Positions 1 through 8,389 are shown, counted from the stretch's first letter. The stretch: 32,000 bases of DNA from Bacillota bacterium (GCA_049323915.1 JBMOPC010000101.1:1-32000); one strand, 5' to 3'. Notes: generated from the letters alone by a model not told the origin. Made by a program: numbers and translations.

Positions 1-124
1 GAGCGGCAAGATTATGAGGAGGATCCTCAGAAAAATTGCCGCCGGCGAGATAGACCAGCTCGGCGACACCTCCACCCTGGCCGACCCGACGGTGGTTGGT
101 TCTCTGGTGGATGGAAAGCAGTAA
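1..124 (+). CDS. 3' end of an unidentified CDS (partial, continues upstream of the window)
   Basis: Frame 2 is open from the window edge to TAA at 122-124 (...[33 protein letters not shown]). A strong hairpin terminator follows at 224-277. No family recognised. Confidence 0.3.
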   Translation, partial: SGKIMRRILRKIAAGEIDQLGDTSTLADPTVVGSLVDGKQ

Positions 125-223
125 AAACTTATGATTGTGGCGGCTGCGGCCGGCCTAAAAGACCGCTGCGGGAGAGTGAGGGCTAGGGTACCAATAAAAA
201 ATCTATAACCTGATATGATAGAA

Positions 224-277
224 AACACCAAGCCGGTCAATATGCTGAATCAGCTATTCTGGCTTGGTGTTCTTTTT
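224..277 (+). terminator. Intrinsic terminator candidate
   Basis: An 11-bp stem AACACCAAGCC (224-234) pairs with GGCTTGGTGTT (261-271). There is an inner GCTG/CAGC stem, and TCTTTTT follows. Confidence 0.6.
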
Positions 278-574
278 CCCGGCAAAGCTATGTTTTATTT
301 TTGCTTACCACCCCCACATCAGCAGTACGTCTTAGTCGTGGCCACATGCACCAAATAATCTCAAAACAGTTTCCCGCCATCCAAAACATAAATGCCGGCG
401 CACAACCATTCAACCCGTTATAAGGCTATTACAACCTCATAATTTTTCCACCAGACTGATTTTTCTTAACTGCGCAAAAAAAATCCATTATATATTAGTA
501 TCGAAACCTGGTTTCATCATGCGCAACGCAATAATTATATATGGCAAGGGGGTGGTTTACATGCTTTAATGCCA

Positions 575-1351
575 TGAGCTACAGGATTCCAGAACGGCCT
601 TGCCCTGGCCGGAGATTACATGAGCGCCGCCTCCTTCCTTGGGATCTCGGGCCTGGTGGCCCTAAGCGGCTACGACGGCATGATTTACGCCACGGGGTGG
701 CTGGTGGGCCGCGATCTCATCAGGGCCATGGACAAGGGCGGCAACATGGCAGCCCCCCTTCTTGCCGAAATGCTTGGCGGGACACCATTCCTAGGTTTTA
801 TCGCGGCCGTGGCCTTTGCCACCATACTGGCGGTGGTCGCCGGCCTGACCCTTGCCGGGGCCTCCACCCTCTCGCACGACATATACGTTAACGTGGTGAA
901 AGGCGGGAAAGCCAGCGAGAAGGAACAAATGACCGTTGCCAGGGCCGCCACATTTGTCTTCGGAATCGTGGCCATACTTCTGGGAATTCTCTTCAAGGGG
1001 CAGAACGTGGCATTTATGGTGGGACTTGTTTTCGCCATCGTGTGCAGCGCCAATTTCCCGGCACTGCTTCTCTCAATAGTCTGGAAGAAGTTCACCACCG
1101 CCGGCGCAACAGCCTCAATACTGGTGGGAGCGATTCTGGCAGTGGTTCTGATAGTATTAAGCCCCACGGTTTGGGTTGACGTGCTCAAAAATTCCAAGGC
1201 CATATTTCCGCTTAAAAACCCGGCAATCTTTTCCATGACAGCATCCTTTATCGTAGCCGTTGCCGTATCCCTCCTTTTCCCTGAAAAAGAGGCGGAGGAA
1301 AAGTTCGACAAGGGTAAGGTCAGGACATACCTGGCCGTGGGAGCGGAATAA
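575..1351 (+). pseudogene. actP: Cation/acetate symporter (ActP, sodium:solute symporter family) remnant: 5'-truncated with a large in-frame internal deletion
   Basis: The translation ATGFQNGLALAGDYMSAASFLGISGLVALSGYDGMIYATGWLVG matches the ActP TM2-3 region. It then jumps directly to GGNMAAPLLAEMLGGTPFLGFIAAVAFATILAVVAGLTLAGAS...SHDIY, the late-TM region of ActP. An in-frame TGA lies at 572-574 and no N-terminal coding is visible upstream. The product is about 258 codons, against about 550 aa for intact ActP. Confidence 0.75.
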
Positions 1352-1385
1352 AAAGATGGAAAAGTGAACAGCAGCGTACCGATAA

Positions 1386-1415
1386 GGCCCCTTTTAACAA
1401 GGGGCCGATTTTTTA
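1386..1415 (+). terminator. Intrinsic terminator retained after the actP remnant
   Basis: GGCCCCTT (1386-1393) pairs with AAGGGGCC (1399-1406), followed by a T6 run. A second AAGGGG/CCCCTT hairpin follows at about 1421-1450. Confidence 0.7.
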
Positions 1416-1573
1416 TTCCAAGGGGGTTAGCCAGCCCCTTTTGTTCAGTTATTTTTGCTGCTGCAGGAAGGTTTTGGCTTAACCCTGTAGTAAATAAAAA
1501 ATAATCAGAGTATTAACAGCCCTGGGGCAAAATAATTTTTAAGGCTGCATTTAAAATGTTGGAGGTATTAACT

Positions 1574-2431
1574 ATGCTTCGCACTGTGCTGTTTTCCCCG
1601 GCCAATGACGAAAGAAAAGCTGGCAAGGCCATGTCTTCGGGCGCGGACGCCATCACCCTGGACCTGGAGGACGCGGTGGCATACAGCCAGAAGGGGGCCG
1701 CCAGGGAATCCCTCAGGTCGATACTTTCCCAGCCCCCGCCCGTAAAGCTTTTTATCAGGGTTAATTCAGCCGCCTCAAAATACATACTGGATGACCTGGA
1801 GGCCGTGGTGGGCCTGCCCGTGGACGGTCTGATGCTGGCAAAGGCCGAATCCGCCGGGGAGGTGCTGAAAGTGGACTGGCTCCTGGGGCTGATAGAGGAA
1901 AAAAAGGGGCTGCCTACGGGAAAAACAAATCTTATTCCCTTTATTGAAAGCGCCGGAGGAATAATAAGTGTCTGTGAAATTGCCGCCTGTACCCCGCGCA
2001 TCAAGGCTCTGGCCTTCGGGGGAGTTGATTTTTCCCAGGAACTGGGTTTGCGGTATCCGTCTGAAAGCGACGGCCTATTCTTTGCCCGCTCCCAACTGGT
2101 GCTGGCGTCCAAAAAAGCCGGAATAGACCCGCCCCTGGATACGGTATTTCCTGACATCAAGAATACCGCCAGACTGGAATCAGAGGCTTGTATTGCAAGG
2201 AAGCTTGGCTTCCAGGGCAAGCTGGTCATTCACCCGGCCCAAGTGGAGCCGGTTAACCGGGCCTTCACCCCCACCCCTGAAGAAATAGAATATGCCCGCA
2301 AGGTGGTGGCGGCCTTTGACCAGGCCGAAAAAACCGGAACAGCGGTAATACAGGTGGACGGTAAAATGGTGGAATACCCAATATACAGGAGGTCAAGGTC
2401 TTTGCTGTCCAAATACGGCGCCGGCGGTTAA
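1574..2431 (+). CDS. HpcH/HpaI aldolase / citrate lyase beta subunit-like (CitE-like, citryl/malyl-CoA lyase family)
   Basis: The N-terminus MLRTVLFSPANDERKAGKA..SGADAITLDLEDAV is the classic CitE/HpcH signature. GGAGG at 1561-1565 favours ATG 1574 over the ORF-track start at 1556. Confidence 0.8.
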   Translation: MLRTVLFSPANDERKAGKAMSSGADAITLDLEDAVAYSQKGAARESLRSILSQPPPVKLFIRVNSAASKYILDDLEAVVGLPVDGLMLAKAESAGEVLKVDWLLGLIEEKKGLPTGKTNLIPFIESAGGIISVCEIAACTPRIKALAFGGVDFSQELGLRYPSESDGLFFARSQLVLASKKAGIDPPLDTVFPDIKNTARLESEACIARKLGFQGKLVIHPAQVEPVNRAFTPTPEEIEYARKVVAAFDQAEKTGTAVIQVDGKMVEYPIYRRSRSLLSKYGAGG

Positions 2432-2490
2432 TAACATTATGGAATCTGAGGATCGCAATGAGGGACAGTCCCTTAATCTGTGAAAAAATA

Positions 2491-2526
2491 AAAAACCCCG
2501 CCTCAATCAAAGGCGGGGGTACTTTT
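2491..2526. terminator. Bidirectional intrinsic terminator between convergent genes
   Basis: CCCCGCCT (2496-2503) pairs with AGGCGGGG (2511-2518). An A-run lies upstream and a T-run downstream. Confidence 0.75.
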
Positions 2527-2530
2527 TACA

Positions 2531-2827
2531 TTAAGCATAACTCCTGTTTTTGGTGAAGCAGTCCCGGCAGTATACCGGACGCTCTCCGCTGGGCTTAAAG
2601 GGCACCCTGGTTTCCATTCCGCACTGGGCGCATACCGCCGGGTACATTTCACGGCGGCCTGCATTCCCCTGGCTTTCATTACGGCCGGTCCTCCTGCGGG
2701 AAACCCTGCAGTCAAGGCAGCGGGACGGGTCGTTGGCAAACCCCTTCTCGGCGAAGAACTCCTGCTCGGAAACAGTAAAAACGAACTCCTGACCGCAATC
2801 CTTGCACACTAAAATTTTGTCCTGCAT
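2531..2827 (-). CDS. Small zinc-ribbon protein with two CxxC...CxxC pairs
   Basis: MQDKILVCKDCGQEF...CLDC...CAQCGMET...CRDC, 98 aa. GAGGAGG lies 7 nt upstream of ATG 2827. The 94-aa N-terminal extension in the ORF track has no coding character. Confidence 0.75.
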   Translation of the reverse strand: MQDKILVCKDCGQEFVFTVSEQEFFAEKGFANDPSRCLDCRVSRRRTGRNESQGNAGRREMYPAVCAQCGMETRVPFKPSGERPVYCRDCFTKNRSYA

Positions 2828-3065
2828 GAAAAAACCTCCTCGATCAGTTAGCCCAATTGGTGAGGTAATCCCGGTTCCTGTATATCCACTCCACCACCAC
2901 AGGGCTAAGAGCTGGGAGAACAAGAATCCTCTTTTTGAGCCTTTAAAAATATTATACCTTATCATATTAAAATTGGAAGCCGGGATTGTGAAAATTTTTT
3001 TGTTAACCGGAAGTGCCTTTACCAATAATATTGATGATAAAGATTTTTGAAAGGCGGGCAACTCA

Positions 3066-3230
3066 ATGGGAAAGGATGTAAAAAAAGAGACTGTTGATGG
3101 CAGGGGCAATGTAAAGTTCGCTCCCGGGGACTATGATGTCCTTGAAGAGGACGCCACCCGGGAGGAAAAGAAAAAAGGGTATTTCACCAGGGTTACGCGC
3201 CTTGCGCTGGATGAGGTGGACCCCTCATGA
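3066..3230 (+). CDS. Small hydrophilic hypothetical protein (54 aa), not in the ORF track
   Basis: ATG 3066 to TGA 3228-3230: MGKDVKKETVDGRGNVKFAPGDYDVLEEDATREEKKKGYFTRVTRLALDEVDPS. The composition is protein-like, but the SD is weak (GAAAGG). Confidence 0.3.
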   Translation: MGKDVKKETVDGRGNVKFAPGDYDVLEEDATREEKKKGYFTRVTRLALDEVDPS

Positions 3231-3306
3231 TCTTTGCAAGGTCGATGCCCCGGGACCCCTGTGCTTAGGAATCTATCAACAGAATCCCCTCAGGTCTAAG
3301 AAAGAC

Positions 3307-3867
3307 CTACACGGCTTTTTCTCCGGCGGCCCCTCCTGCTACCGGCTTTGCTTCATCTTCATCCAGCAAATGTACATGCTTGAAATACGGCAGGTACGGC
3401 TTGGCTGCCGAGAATGCCAGCCTGCAGAGAAGGTATGAAACAAGAAAAGTGGCAAAGTAGCCGGTGGTCCAGTCATTGATAAAAAGAGGGAAACTGATCC
3501 CGGAAAAACGTATCTGCATCCAGGACAGCGCGAAAAAGGCCGGCCAGAGATACGAGGCCGAAAGCCCGAACATCCCGAAGAACAGCTGGCCGAAGGTATC
3601 GTTGGCCTCACGGTTTACTGCCTTGTAACTGGTCTTGTCCTTTAAGCGCAAGGCCACCAATGACGTTTCATTCAATTCCGCCAGGCGGGAGTTGAGCTTT
3701 TTGAAATAGCCCCTGTTGGCCCGGTATACCAGGGAGGTGGTAAAATCGCCTATCAGCACGGTAATCATGGCCAGCAACAATGTCCCGATAAAATAGTCCG
3801 GGACCGGCCAGCCGGTGATACGGTACAGATATATGAGAATTCCGTCCAGTCCGATCCACCAGTCCAT
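3307..3867 (-). CDS. Integral membrane protein of unknown function, downstream partner of the TauE/SafE gene
   Basis: Several hydrophobic segments flank a charged central loop. GGGGTG lies 5 nt upstream of ATG 3867. The gene is co-oriented with and 87 nt downstream of the TauE gene. Confidence 0.7.
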   Translation of the reverse strand: MDWWIGLDGILIYLYRITGWPVPDYFIGTLLLAMITVLIGDFTTSLVYRANRGYFKKLNSRLAELNETSLVALRLKDKTSYKAVNREANDTFGQLFFGMFGLSASYLWPAFFALSWMQIRFSGISFPLFINDWTTGYFATFLVSYLLCRLAFSAAKPYLPYFKHVHLLDEDEAKPVAGGAAGEKAV

Positions 3868-3954
3868 CACAACACCCCGTTTAAAGCATTAATGGCCATA
3901 GCCGGCGGCTATATACACACCGCCGGCACGGCAGGCAAGATACACTTATGTTTC

Positions 3955-5136
3955 TTAAATGGGAACCCAGGGCTGACCAAAGAATCCCTTGCTGAAGTAT
4001 CCAAGGCCAACGTAGAGGGCCAGCAACACGAACAGCCTCTTCAGCCAGATGTCGGGGATATACTTCTGGGTGCGGGGGCCAATCATAGATCCGATAAACA
4101 CACCCACCAGCTGTGTTCCGATAAGTGCCCAGTCCACGGCTGCGCCGGTGAAATTCAGGTAAGAGGCGATGCTCATCACCATGCTGGCCAGAACCGCCAG
4201 GGCCGATGTTCCGGCAACCACGAACATGGGAAGACCTACAAGGCTTGTCAGGTAGGGAACGTACAGGAAGCCGCCGCCCACGCCCAGGAAGGAGGATATG
4301 GCCGCTATAACCACACCGCCGAGGAATGCTAACAAGGGGTTAAAGCCAAACTCCGATCCGAAGAAGGAGAACTCGATTCTCGAAACGCCCCACTTGGTAA
4401 CCTTGATGCCTTCAGCAGAGGCGTCGCTTTTTTCCTTAACGCTCTTTTCAAAGGCCTGGGCTGCAGCCTTGGCAGCCTTTTTGCCCTCCTGCCCCTTGGG
4501 GGTGGTCTCGTACAGAAGGAATCCGCCGACCACGAACACGGCTACTCCAAACCAGCCCTGATAAGCGCTGAAAGAGATTTTGCCGCCTGTTAAAATGGGT
4601 ATAACAAGACCTCCGAAGAGTGATCCGAATCCCAGGGCAAGACCCAGAGGCCATGCAAGGCGCTTTGCCTTAAGGTAGTTAAGCGTGCCTATACCGGACG
4701 ACAGTCCCACAAGCCACTGGTTGGACATACGGATGCAGTCTGTAAGTACTTTGTTTAACTCTGGGGCTGTCTTTCTAAAGCTCTTGGCGTAGTCTCCCAG
4801 ACCGTACACAGTCATATGGCCCACACCAGCCATGATTCCACCGAAGGCTCCCACGGTGGTGAAGATCCAGCCAACCCAGACTGCCCAGAAGAAGGCCAGT
4901 ACCGGATTAACCTTGGGCGCGCCCGGGATTCCCAGGAATCCGGGCGCCGCCTTGGGGTCAATCTGGCCCGCACCGGTACCCATGGGAGCCTTGGCGATGG
5001 CCGCCCCCAGTTTGCCTTCCAGGCCCAGGTTGTTGCCTACCGGAGCTCCGGATGCCAGCGACCCGAACACCAGGCCGCCCAAAAGTATGACCAGAATAAA
5101 CAATGATGCCTTGAACAACAGCTTCTTTTTAAACAA
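3955..5136 (-). CDS. TauE/SafE (DUF81) family anion permease, long form with a charged central loop
   Basis: FLGVGGGFLYVPYLTSLVGLPMFVVAGTSALAV and a repeated GxxxG-rich TM architecture are typical of TauE/SafE. The start codon is TTG at 5136. Confidence 0.85.
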   Translation of the reverse strand: MFKKKLLFKASLFILVILLGGLVFGSLASGAPVGNNLGLEGKLGAAIAKAPMGTGAGQIDPKAAPGFLGIPGAPKVNPVLAFFWAVWVGWIFTTVGAFGGIMAGVGHMTVYGLGDYAKSFRKTAPELNKVLTDCIRMSNQWLVGLSSGIGTLNYLKAKRLAWPLGLALGFGSLFGGLVIPILTGGKISFSAYQGWFGVAVFVVGGFLLYETTPKGQEGKKAAKAAAQAFEKSVKEKSDASAEGIKVTKWGVSRIEFSFFGSEFGFNPLLAFLGGVVIAAISSFLGVGGGFLYVPYLTSLVGLPMFVVAGTSALAVLASMVMSIASYLNFTGAAVDWALIGTQLVGVFIGSMIGPRTQKYIPDIWLKRLFVLLALYVGLGYFSKGFFGQPWVPI

Positions 5137-5407
5137 ATTCTTCCCCGGCTACAATTATCAATCCGCAACAATAAGAGTGGCGTTGTGCGGAGTGACGGTC
5201 TTCCATGCCGGGTCTTCACCTCTCTCGTTTTATATTTGCCTAAGCAGGCGACCGGAAGACCTTTAACCAGCCAATATTAACTTAAAACCCTCCCTTTATT
5301 GGCGCCCTTCGGCAGGTCCCCCCCTTCGGCAGAATTGTTATACACTTTATTTTTACCCTAACATAAAAAAAACACCCGCCAATGTCAGCCGGGCGACCAT
5401 AATATTG

Positions 5408-5845
5408 TCATCTTGACGACAACTTTGCATTCTGCTCAGCAGATCTTGCATTAGAAACACCGGAATGATGAGACAAAAGATGGATAATGCTGTTAAGCAA
5501 AAACGGGTCGCAGTCCAGTATTTCCAGCAGGTCTTCCCCCCTGACCGACAAAACTGACACATCGCTTATCGCCCTGGCTGTGCAGGTCATCTTTTTCCCG
5601 TAAAAAACATCATCAAGGCCAAGCAAATCCCCCCTGGTCCTGACGGATACCACCTCGCGGCCAGGGTTCTCCGGCGGTCTGCTCAGTCTCACCGCTCCGG
5701 TTTCTATGAGGCAAAGTCTTGAAGAATCATCGCCCTGCCTAAAAATATACTGGCCCCTTTTATATTGGCACTCAGAACCACAATCCCTTAATATTTCCAT
5801 TTCGTACTCTTTCAATTTCCCAGGGCTGGATATAACGTATTTCAT
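5408..5845 (-). CDS. Stand-alone cyclic-nucleotide-binding (CRP-type effector) domain protein lacking an HTH
   Basis: RGQYIFRQGDDSSRLCLIETGAVRL...GREVVSVRTRGDLLGLDDVF...ARAISDVSVLSV is a cNMP-binding beta-roll. The protein is only 145 aa and has no helix-turn-helix. GGAGAGG precedes ATG 5845. Confidence 0.75.
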   Translation of the reverse strand: MKYVISSPGKLKEYEMEILRDCGSECQYKRGQYIFRQGDDSSRLCLIETGAVRLSRPPENPGREVVSVRTRGDLLGLDDVFYGKKMTCTARAISDVSVLSVRGEDLLEILDCDPFLLNSIIHLLSHHSGVSNARSAEQNAKLSSR

Positions 5846-6060
5846 CCTAAATCCTCTCCGGATAAACTGAATTAATAAAAAAAGCATACAAAAAATTTCA
5901 CAAAGAGAATGTCCATGATGCGACAATGGCAATGTCAGATGTTTCACAAAAAAGTAAAATGCAGTATTTGAGACCTCTTACCGGGCATCAGGCGACAACC
6001 CGCCAAGTGCTCCCACCCAGCTTTCAGGCCGGACTTTTGTCGGCTAGATGACATAATCAT

Positions 6061-6076
6061 TGTCACTACAGTGACA
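6061..6076. promoter_or_regulatory. Perfect CRP/FNR-family-type palindrome TGTCA-N6-TGACA
   Basis: The sequence is TGTCACTACAGTGACA. It lies in the divergent intergenic region between the cNMP-domain gene and the molybdoenzyme operon, about 40 bp upstream of an extended -10 TGATATAAT (6105-6113). Confidence 0.45.
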
Positions 6077-6307
6077 TGAAATCTGTGAAAAATTTGATAT
6101 TGTTTGATATAATCATGATTTATTATTTAGATAATTTATTCTTATACAGGGGAGGGACCGGTGGTTAAATAAGTTTTTGAGGTCGTTATCGCGCGCATAA
6201 GGTTTTTTAGTGAGTACCGCCGGGCTTTCGGGTTATGCCCCCGGCAGCAGATACTGGGCCCCGAATGGTCGGCGAACATCAGCAAAACAGGAGGGGAGAT
6301 TTGTTTT

Positions 6308-8389
6308 ATGCAGTATGTGTACAGCATTTGCCTCATGTGTACTGTAAGGTGTCCCATCAAGGTTATGGTAAAAAACGATGATGTCAAGCTGATTGAGGGC
6401 AACCCCTTTGTGGCGGGGATTGAGGGAAGCATCTGCCCCAAAGGAGCTGCCGGCGTAAACCTTTTGAACGACGACGAGAGAGTAAAAACACCTCTGATCA
6501 GGACAGGCCCCAGGGGATCCGGGCAGTGGAGAGAGGCCTCCTGGGACGAAGCATTGGACTACGTTGCCGATAAGCTCAAAGAAATCAAAGAAAAACACGG
6601 TGGACGCAGCATAGCCCTTACAGAAAGGGCCCACCTTAACTCGCATATAAGCAAGACCTTTATGAAAGCCATCGGGTCGCCCAACTACTTCACCCATGAT
6701 TCCTGCTGCAAGGGATCGTTAAACACGGCCTTCCGCTCACTTACCGGGTACGCGGACGGCAACGCTGGCGTAGACATTGCGAAAGCCAGGCATGTAATTC
6801 TTTATGGCCGCAACTATTTCGAAGCCATTGAGCTAAAGGTTGTCAAACAGCTTACCCAGGGAATGGACAAGGGAACAAAGCTCACCTATATCGATCCCAG
6901 GGTAACCGTGACGGCTACAAAAGCACATAAATACCTTATGATCAGGCCCGGCACCGACCTTGCCCTCAACTACGCCCTTATGCATGTGATAATCAAAGAA
7001 GGCTTATATGACAAGGAGTTCGTCAACAGGTGGGTTGTGGGCTTCAGGCAGCTGCAGAGCTTCGTTGAGCCTTTCTCCCCGAAGTGGGCGGAGCAGGAAA
7101 CCGGCATACCGGCCAACGAAATAATCGCCCTGGCCAGAGAGGCCGGCGAGGCCAAGCCTTCGGTAATCTTCCACTATGGTTACAGATGCTCTCACTATAC
7201 CAACGAGGTTTACTTCAGGAGATCTCTTATCATGCTTAACGCCCTGATGGGGAACATTGAAGCCCCCGGAGGTATATTCTTCAAAAAGGGAGCCAAGGAT
7301 TTCGGCAAAAAGCCTTTAAGAAAACTGGTGGACCAGGAACTTCCCAAGGTCACCGAGGCAAGGTGCGACGGGGTTGGAACACCCAAATTACCCACTCCGG
7401 ACCCGGCCCACGGGGTGGTGCAGATGCTTCCCAACGTAATTCTGTCGGAAGATCCGTACCCTGTTAAGGCAGTGCTGGTATGGCGCCACGACCCCATGCT
7501 CTCCATCCCGGACTACTATAAAAACAAGGAGGCCTTCAGCAAGCTGGACCTGCTGGTGGCAATCGACATTCACTTCAGTGAAACGGCATGGCTTGCCGAC
7601 GTAATTTTGCCGGAGTCCATTTACCTGGAGAGGGGAGACTCCATACAGGAGGCCAACGGCTTAAAGCCCAGCCTTGTGATGCGCAAGCCTGCGGTAACGC
7701 CCAGGTACGACACAAAGCCGGGCTGGGAAATAATGAAGCTTCTGGCCGACAGGCTTGGAATAGGACAGTACTTCCCCTACAACACACTGGAAGATCTTTG
7801 GGCGTACCAACTTGAGGGCACAGGCATCTCTATTGAGGACTTTGACGCCAAAGGATTCGTATCCCTCGCAAAGGACGCTCTCTACTGGGACCGCCAGGAC
7901 GGTATAAAACTGAAAACCCCTTCCGGAAAAATTGAGTTTGTTTCAAGCCTGTTTGAAAACAACGGCATACCATCATTCCCGCCCTACCAGCCGGTAGCCC
8001 CCCCGGAGGAAGGCACCTTCCGGCTGATGATAGGCAGGAATGTAGCACATACCCATGTTTCCACGCAGAACAACCCTCTTTTGAATGAGCTGGTGCCTGA
8101 AAACCTGCTGTGGATCAACACCCGCGAGGCCAAAAAGCTGGGAATTACCAACGGCCAGATGGTTGAAATATCTTCCAGCGTCGGAACAGAAACCATCCGC
8201 GCCTTTGTGACCGACCTCATCCACCCCGAGGCGGTGTTCATTCTCCACGGCTTCGGACGCAAAGTGCCGGTGCTGACGCGGTGCTACAACAAGGGAGCCA
8301 GCGACACCGCGCTGCAGGAAAACATTACCGATATGGTGGGAGGCAGCCCCGCGCTGCAGCATGTCTGCGTAAAGGTAAAGCCGCTTTAA
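6308..8389 (+). CDS. Molybdopterin (Mo/W-bisPGD) oxidoreductase catalytic subunit, Psr/Phs/Ttr/Arr-like, with no Tat signal
   Basis: An N-terminal C-x2-C-x3-C-x27-C 4Fe-4S motif starts at residue 8. IGSPNYFTHDSCCKGS resembles the GSPN-x-F-x-H-x-S-x-C active-site stretch of the polysulfide/thiosulfate reductase group. AGGAGGGGAG lies 9 nt upstream. Confidence 0.9.
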   Translation: MQYVYSICLMCTVRCPIKVMVKNDDVKLIEGNPFVAGIEGSICPKGAAGVNLLNDDERVKTPLIRTGPRGSGQWREASWDEALDYVADKLKEIKEKHGGRSIALTERAHLNSHISKTFMKAIGSPNYFTHDSCCKGSLNTAFRSLTGYADGNAGVDIAKARHVILYGRNYFEAIELKVVKQLTQGMDKGTKLTYIDPRVTVTATKAHKYLMIRPGTDLALNYALMHVIIKEGLYDKEFVNRWVVGFRQLQSFVEPFSPKWAEQETGIPANEIIALAREAGEAKPSVIFHYGYRCSHYTNEVYFRRSLIMLNALMGNIEAPGGIFFKKGAKDFGKKPLRKLVDQELPKVTEARCDGVGTPKLPTPDPAHGVVQMLPNVILSEDPYPVKAVLVWRHDPMLSIPDYYKNKEAFSKLDLLVAIDIHFSETAWLADVILPESIYLERGDSIQEANGLKPSLVMRKPAVTPRYDTKPGWEIMKLLADRLGIGQYFPYNTLEDLWAYQLEGTGISIEDFDAKGFVSLAKDALYWDRQDGIKLKTPSGKIEFVSSLFENNGIPSFPPYQPVAPPEEGTFRLMIGRNVAHTHVSTQNNPLLNELVPENLLWINTREAKKLGITNGQMVEISSSVGTETIRAFVTDLIHPEAVFILHGFGRKVPVLTRCYNKGASDTALQENITDMVGGSPALQHVCVKVKPL

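Noticed and set aside
2828-3109. The 94-aa N-terminal extension of the zinc-ribbon ORF in the track (2531-3109).
   Set aside because: A strong GAGGAGG SD sits directly in front of the internal ATG at 2827. The extension runs through AT-rich promoter-like sequence with no coding character.
5207-5226. An S-box (SAM-I)-like fragment, AGAGAGGTGAAGACCCGGCA, in the TauE leader.
   Set aside because: The GGAGGGA..GGCCC core, the CTTATC/GATAAG closing helix and the rest of the four-way junction are missing. It is kept only as a remark within the leader finding.
6173-6307. An in-frame 'EYRRAFGL' upstream of the molybdoenzyme start, which resembles a twin-arginine motif.
   Set aside because: There is no ATG, GTG or TTG between the in-frame stop (6170-6172) and ATG 6308, and no hydrophobic h-region follows the RR. 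A strong SD serves ATG 6308. I treat the enzyme as lacking a leader; at most this is a relic.
6308-8389. Possible selenocysteine recoding in the molybdopterin subunit.
   Set aside because: The ORF is continuous with no in-frame TGA, and the predicted ligand position carries Cys.
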